From contig NC_091480.1 of assembly GCF_036971445.1 (NCBI RefSeq), forward strand, positions 61,568,001-61,632,000: a stretch of 64,000 bases of DNA, given 5' to 3'. Each line of letters opens with the position of its first letter. Positions within the stretch are counted from its first letter, which is position 1. The position numbers and the translations under genes were made by a program. The notes beneath the pieces were generated by a model. The model was not told where the DNA came from. It saw only the letters and a list, made by a program, of their open reading frames with translations, and did not search any database. This DNA comes from Narcine bancroftii. Taxonomy: Eukaryota. This document shows, in pieces, positions 59,101 through 64,000 of this stretch.

Positions 59101-62092
59101 AGAAGAACATAATGAAAACAAAACAGAAATATTATGAACTAGGGGAAAAAATGCACAAAATTCTAGCATGGCAGCTTAAGACTAACAAGCGAAGAAAATG
59201 GTATTGGCATCAAGGAAAAAAGACAAACAAATCACAAATAATCCAAAGGAGATCAAGGAAAACTTTAGAGAATTCTATGAACAATTATAACAAACTGAAA
59301 ATGAAGGGAAAGAAGGGAAAATAGATGAATTTCTAACTAAAATTGATCTACCAAAATTACAAATAGAGGAACAAAATAAATTAACAGAACCATTTGAAAT
59401 AGTAGAAATACAAGAGATAATAAAAAAATTATCAAATAATAAAACACCAGGAGAGGTGGATTCCCAATAGAATTCTATAAAACATTTAAAGATTTATTAA
59501 TTCCTCCCCTCCTGGAAGTAATCAACCAGATTGATAAAACACAAAGCTTACCAGATTCATGTAAAACAGCAATAATTACAGTAATACTAAAGCAAGGGAA
59601 AGATCCACTCGCACCAGCGTCATATAGACCAATACCATTACTTAACACAGATTATAAGATAATAGCTAAACTATTAGCAAAGAGATTAGCAGAGTATGTA
59701 CCAAAAATGGTAAATCTAGACCAAACTGTATTTATTAAAAAAAGACGCACAACAGACAATATTTGGAAATTTATTAACTTCATTCATGCAGTAGAAGGGA
59801 GTAAAGCGCCAACAGTAGCAGTTGCTTTAGATGCAGAGAAGGCCTTTGACAGAGTAGAATGGAATTATTTATTCAAAGTATTGCAAAAATTCAGTTTACC
59901 AGAGAAGTATATTAATTGGATTAAAGCATTATATAAGGGACCATTGGCAAAAGTGACAGTAAATGGATATATATCAAAGCAATTTAACTTTAGCAGGTCA
60001 ACACGGCAGGGATGCCCACTATCACCCTTATTGTTCGCGTTAGCTATAGAACCACTAGCAGAATTGATAAGAACAGAAAATAATATAAAAGGGATAAAAA
60101 TAAAAGATAAGGAATATAAAATCAGTTTATTTGCGGATGATGTTATAGTATACTTAACAGAACCAGAACTATCAATAAAAAAATTATTTAAGATATTGAA
60201 AGAATATGGAGAAGTGTCGGGTTACAAGATTAACGCAAATAAAAGTGAAGCAATGCCTATGAATAATGCGGATTTCTCAAAATTTAAGGAGGAATCACCA
60301 TTCAGATGGCAAATGCAAGCAATAAGATACCTAGGTATACAAATAAATAAAAATATCGGTCATCTATATAAACTCAATTATTATCCACTAATGAAAAAAT
60401 TACAGGACGATTTAGAGCATTGGAAAAATTTACCACTAACACTAATAGCAAGGATAAACTGTATTAAAATGAACATTTTTCCAAGGATACTATACTTATT
60501 TCAGGCATTACCAATACACTTGACAGAGAAATTCTTCAAGGAGTTAAAGAAAATAATAAGGAAATTTTTATGGAGAGGGGGGAAACCGAGGATAGCACTA
60601 GATAAATTAACAGAATGGTATAAACAAGGAGGCTTACAATTGCCAAACTTCAAAAATTATTATAGAGCCGCACAATTAAGATACCTATCAGATTTTTATC
60701 AAACAAGGGAAAAGCCAGATTGGACTAGATTAGAATTAGATAAAATATGGGAAAAGATACCTGAACACATATTATATAAATGGGATGAAAAATTGGTACA
60801 ACATAGAAGTTCTCCAGTATTACATCATCTACTCAATATTTGGAAAAAGGTTCATGTAGAAAGGAATAAAACAAATTATCAATTACCAAAACTAATATTG
60901 ACGCAAAATAAGTTACTCCCTTTTACAATAGATAACCTTTCCTTTAGAGAATGGGAGAAAAAAGGGATCAAAAGAATAGAAAATTGTTTTTCGGGAAATA
61001 GATTATTATCCTTTGAACAAATGAAGGATAAATATAATATAACTCGCGATACAATGTTGGCATACTACCAACTGAAATCCTACTTGAAGGACAAATTGGG
61101 AAGCAGTCTGAGGTTACCAGAGGGAAGTAATTTTGAATATGTGATTACAGACACAATGATAATCAAAAAATTTATAACAAACATGTATATTAAACTGCAT
61201 GAAAAGGAGAACGAGGAAACAAATGGTAAAACTAAACAAAAATGGGAACAAGATCTAAACATAAAGATAAAGAAGGAAACGTGGGAGAAGTTATGCTCAG
61301 GAACTATGAGAAACACAATAAATACAAGGTTACGTATGATACAATATAACTGGATACACAGGCTATATATTACACCTCAAAAGTTAAATAAATGGGACCC
61401 AACAGTATCTGACAGATGTTTTCGCTGTAAAAAGGAAATGGGAACAACAATTCATGCAATATGGACATGTGAGAAAGTGAAAAAATTTTGGGAAAATCTA
61501 AACCAGATATTAAATAAAATCACAAAAAGCAATATACCAAAAAACAGAGATCTTCCTCTTAAGTAACATAAAAAACAAAGAATTTGGACTTGATTTGGAT
61601 GGTGGACAAAAAAGATTTGTTATGATAGCCCTAGCTGTAGCAAAAAAATGCATTATGTCAACCTGGAAATTAGAACATAACTTGAGAATACAACAATGGT
61701 ATATAGAAATGAGTAAATGTATTCCATTAGAAAACATAACATAATTTAAGAAATAATATTAAAATATTTGAACAAATATGGGAGCCATACATGAAACATA
61801 ATAGAGAAAACCTACCGGGGACATCTACCACCTAAAATGACAGAAGGAGAAGATAATGAAAAGAAGTGACTCAGTGGAATTTCTTGTTTGTTTTTATTGA
61901 GTGACAACATTGTTTGACGGGTCTAATGTATCTTAGATTTTGTACTTTAAATGAATGGGAGGGGAGGTCGGGAGGGTGGGATGGGAAGAGTGGGGGGGGG
62001 AGTAAACGACACTGTATATATTTGAAAAGGAAAATGTATGTATCTTGATCAATGTGGTTTATAGTGTGAAAAATAAAAAAATTTAAAAAAAA
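56190..62092 (+). mobile_element. Near full-length L1 retrotransposon (5'UTR, ORF1 ending 57526, ORF2 58044-61835, 3'UTR, poly-A); both ORFs frameshifted
   Basis: ORF1 coiled coil plus NYNRRNNIKIVGLKE, PRSILVKF, IFFYPD. ORF2 EN (VQETHL, GGDFN, SDHSP), RT (LFADD) and CFRC...HAIWTC. Confidence 0.96.
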
Positions 62093-62520
62093 TTATATCG
62101 GACCCCACAGAAGTTGACAGATCAAAAGCTGAAATTTCAGAGATGTGTTTTAGATGCAGGACTGAGACAGGAACTTTTTTACATACCACGAGATCATAAA
62201 GGTGAGGCCATTTTGGCAAGATATCGCAGAAAAATTAACCACTATAACAGGAGTGGCCTTCACGGGCAACCCAGAGCTGTATTGACTTGGTAATTTCGTG
62301 GAAAATAGAGACAAATTGACCAAATATCAAATTTCATTTATAAAAGTAGCACTGGCGGTGGTGAAAAAATGTATCACGCTCACTTGGACATCCGACTCCC
62401 CTCTACTTATAGCACAATGGACCATGGAAATGAACAGCTGTAAACTATGGGGAAAATCACATCTAACTTAAAGAATGAATGTGACACTTTTGTAAAGGCT
62501 GTTAGAAACAGAAGTACCTT
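62093..62520 (+). mobile_element. 3' ORF2 fragment of a different, older L1 family
   Basis: Reads SKAEISEMCFRCRTETGTFLH (zinc knuckle) directly after the younger L1 tail. Confidence 0.7.
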
Positions 62521-62893
62521 CACAGAATTTGCTCGAGACAAAAATTGAGAACAAAGAACATTTATTATACAACAATGCAAAGTTGGGTGCTTCCCCTTAC
62601 CCTGGGAATACACACACACACTGGGGCTCACCCAACTTTTATACAGTTGATTTCAGTATAGGAATACCCTCCCCCTTACATTCTTCTGCCTCCTGGATAG
62701 GTTTGGCATTAGGCAATCCTGCCTGCCTACGTGCTGTTTCTGTGAACTTGGAGGACCAGGGGGTATCCTGTCGGTGTCTCATCATGTCATTGTCCTTATT
62801 GTCCTTATTCTCAAACCTGTCTTTGTTCTAATTTACACCTTCCCAACTCTCAGGGCTACAACCTCTTCATATGTAGAACTTAATAGTCTCGGG

Positions 62894-63795
62894 CACACAT
62901 GTCAAACTCTGGCCCGCGGGCCATATTTGGCCTGCGATATAATTATATTTGGCCCGCAAAATCATATTAAATATATATTAGAGTTGGCCCGCTGGCCGCC
63001 GCGCAAGTATAGCACATGCACAGCAGCAGGCACCACCATAGTAGTTTTTAGCACTTCCACAGCAGGGACAGCAGTACACCGATATAGTTAACGGGAACGT
63101 TAATTAGATATTCACAGCGACGCCAATACAACGGACCCGCCGCCTAGCTCCAACGCACCCGCCGCCTAGCTCCAACGGACCCGCCGCCTAGCTCCAACGG
63201 ACCCGCCGCCTAGCTCCAACGGACCCGCCGCCTAGCTACAACGGACCCGCCGCCTAGCTCCAACGTCTCCTTGAGCTTCATATGTGGGTGGGTGCTGCTG
63301 GCCATCGGACTTTCCGCTGGGGTGGAGGTCGCGGATGAGTTCCACCGCTCTCACAGTATTCCCGGTGAGATGGCGAGACCAGCGGGGACTCCTTGGGTTG
63401 TTGGGGGCGGTTGCGGCAGGGAGAGGCGGGGGCGGAGGAGGGAGAGGGGGCGGGGGGGGTGCCGCTCGGGTTTGCTGGCTGGGCTGGGGAGGGCTCCCTG
63501 CAGACCTTCGCTCCCTGGCATGCTTCTCGGCAACGTGCGATCCTTGGCTTAAAGGCTAGAGAGAAATATTATTTATTGAATATTTTATTTCTTATTTGTT
63601 AATGCTTCTTATGGAAAGAGTTTAACCAAAACTATTATTAAACATTTATTTTAATAAGAAAAAGTTTAACATTGCATATGTTGAGAGAAAACATGCAGAT
63701 GTTGTTGAAAATTTTCAATAAATATTTAGTTCGGCTCTCGACTTAGTCCAAGTTTTTAATTTTGGCCCTCGGTGAATTTGCGTTTGACACCCCTG
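62894..63795. mobile_element. hAT (Charlie-like) non-autonomous element
   Basis: TIRs cacacatgtcaaactc / gcgtttgacacccctg; 8-bp TSD gtctcggg / gtctaggg; subterminal ggcccgc repeats. Confidence 0.8.
63129..63265. repeat. 22-bp tandem repeat x6 (caacggacccgccgcctagctc)
   Basis: Six near-identical units inside the hAT element. Confidence 0.92.
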
Positions 63796-64000
63796 GTCTA
63801 GGGCTTACTAATTACATATGCAAAACCTGCTAATTCTATCTAGGGCTAGAAGACCCTTATCTTATTCAGACTAACTCTACTTCCTACATTCCAATATCCA
63901 TTTCTTATCCTATTCATACTGGCTTTATTCATTTACCCATATATCGATATTAGTTTCCTCATCTTCATATTTTTATATCAGTTTCACTCATCTCTCACAA

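Noticed and set aside
59707..61566. 619-aa ORF as an active or domesticated reverse transcriptase
   Set aside because: It is part of L1 ORF2, with frameshifts and stops upstream (about 58130, 58645, 59014, 59185, 59288, 59455) and downstream (about 61545).
63129..63265. 22-bp array as CRISPR or iterons
   Set aside because: Head-to-tail repeats with no spacers, inside a hAT element.

Overview
Vertebrate genomic DNA. The repeat landscape (CR1, AT-rich L1, Penelope-derived palindromes, 52-bp minisatellites) suggests a cartilaginous fish, probably a ray; this is inference. Most short ORFs in the supplied track are noise from repeats. Minus strand: a complete DCTN2 (dynamitin) gene, ATG 49650 to TAG 7298, with 14 constitutive exons (402 aa) and two tiny microexons (9 nt FAQ, 6 nt EL; 407 aa with both). 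About 2.4 kb downstream is DDIT3/CHOP (about 4730 to 575), whose first coding exon is broken by a 74-nt insertion; 62 nt around it are identical to a segment 931 bp away, and it is bounded by 11-bp direct repeats. Plus strand: an orphan, frameshifted terminal exon of DDX23 (53988-54209) and a near full-length degenerate L1. The rest is transposon-derived: L1, CR1, Tc1, Tigger-like, hAT, solo LTRs, Penelope remnants with hammerhead-ribozyme motifs, and a 5.3-kb G-rich satellite held inside a Tigger7/MER44-like shell. I found no convincing wholly new biological system. The best leads are the disrupted but restorable DDIT3, the conserved microexons, the orphan DDX23 exon, the conserved upstream ORF in the L1 5' region and the hammerhead motifs. 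All comparisons to human genes and repeat consensuses are from memory, not from searches.
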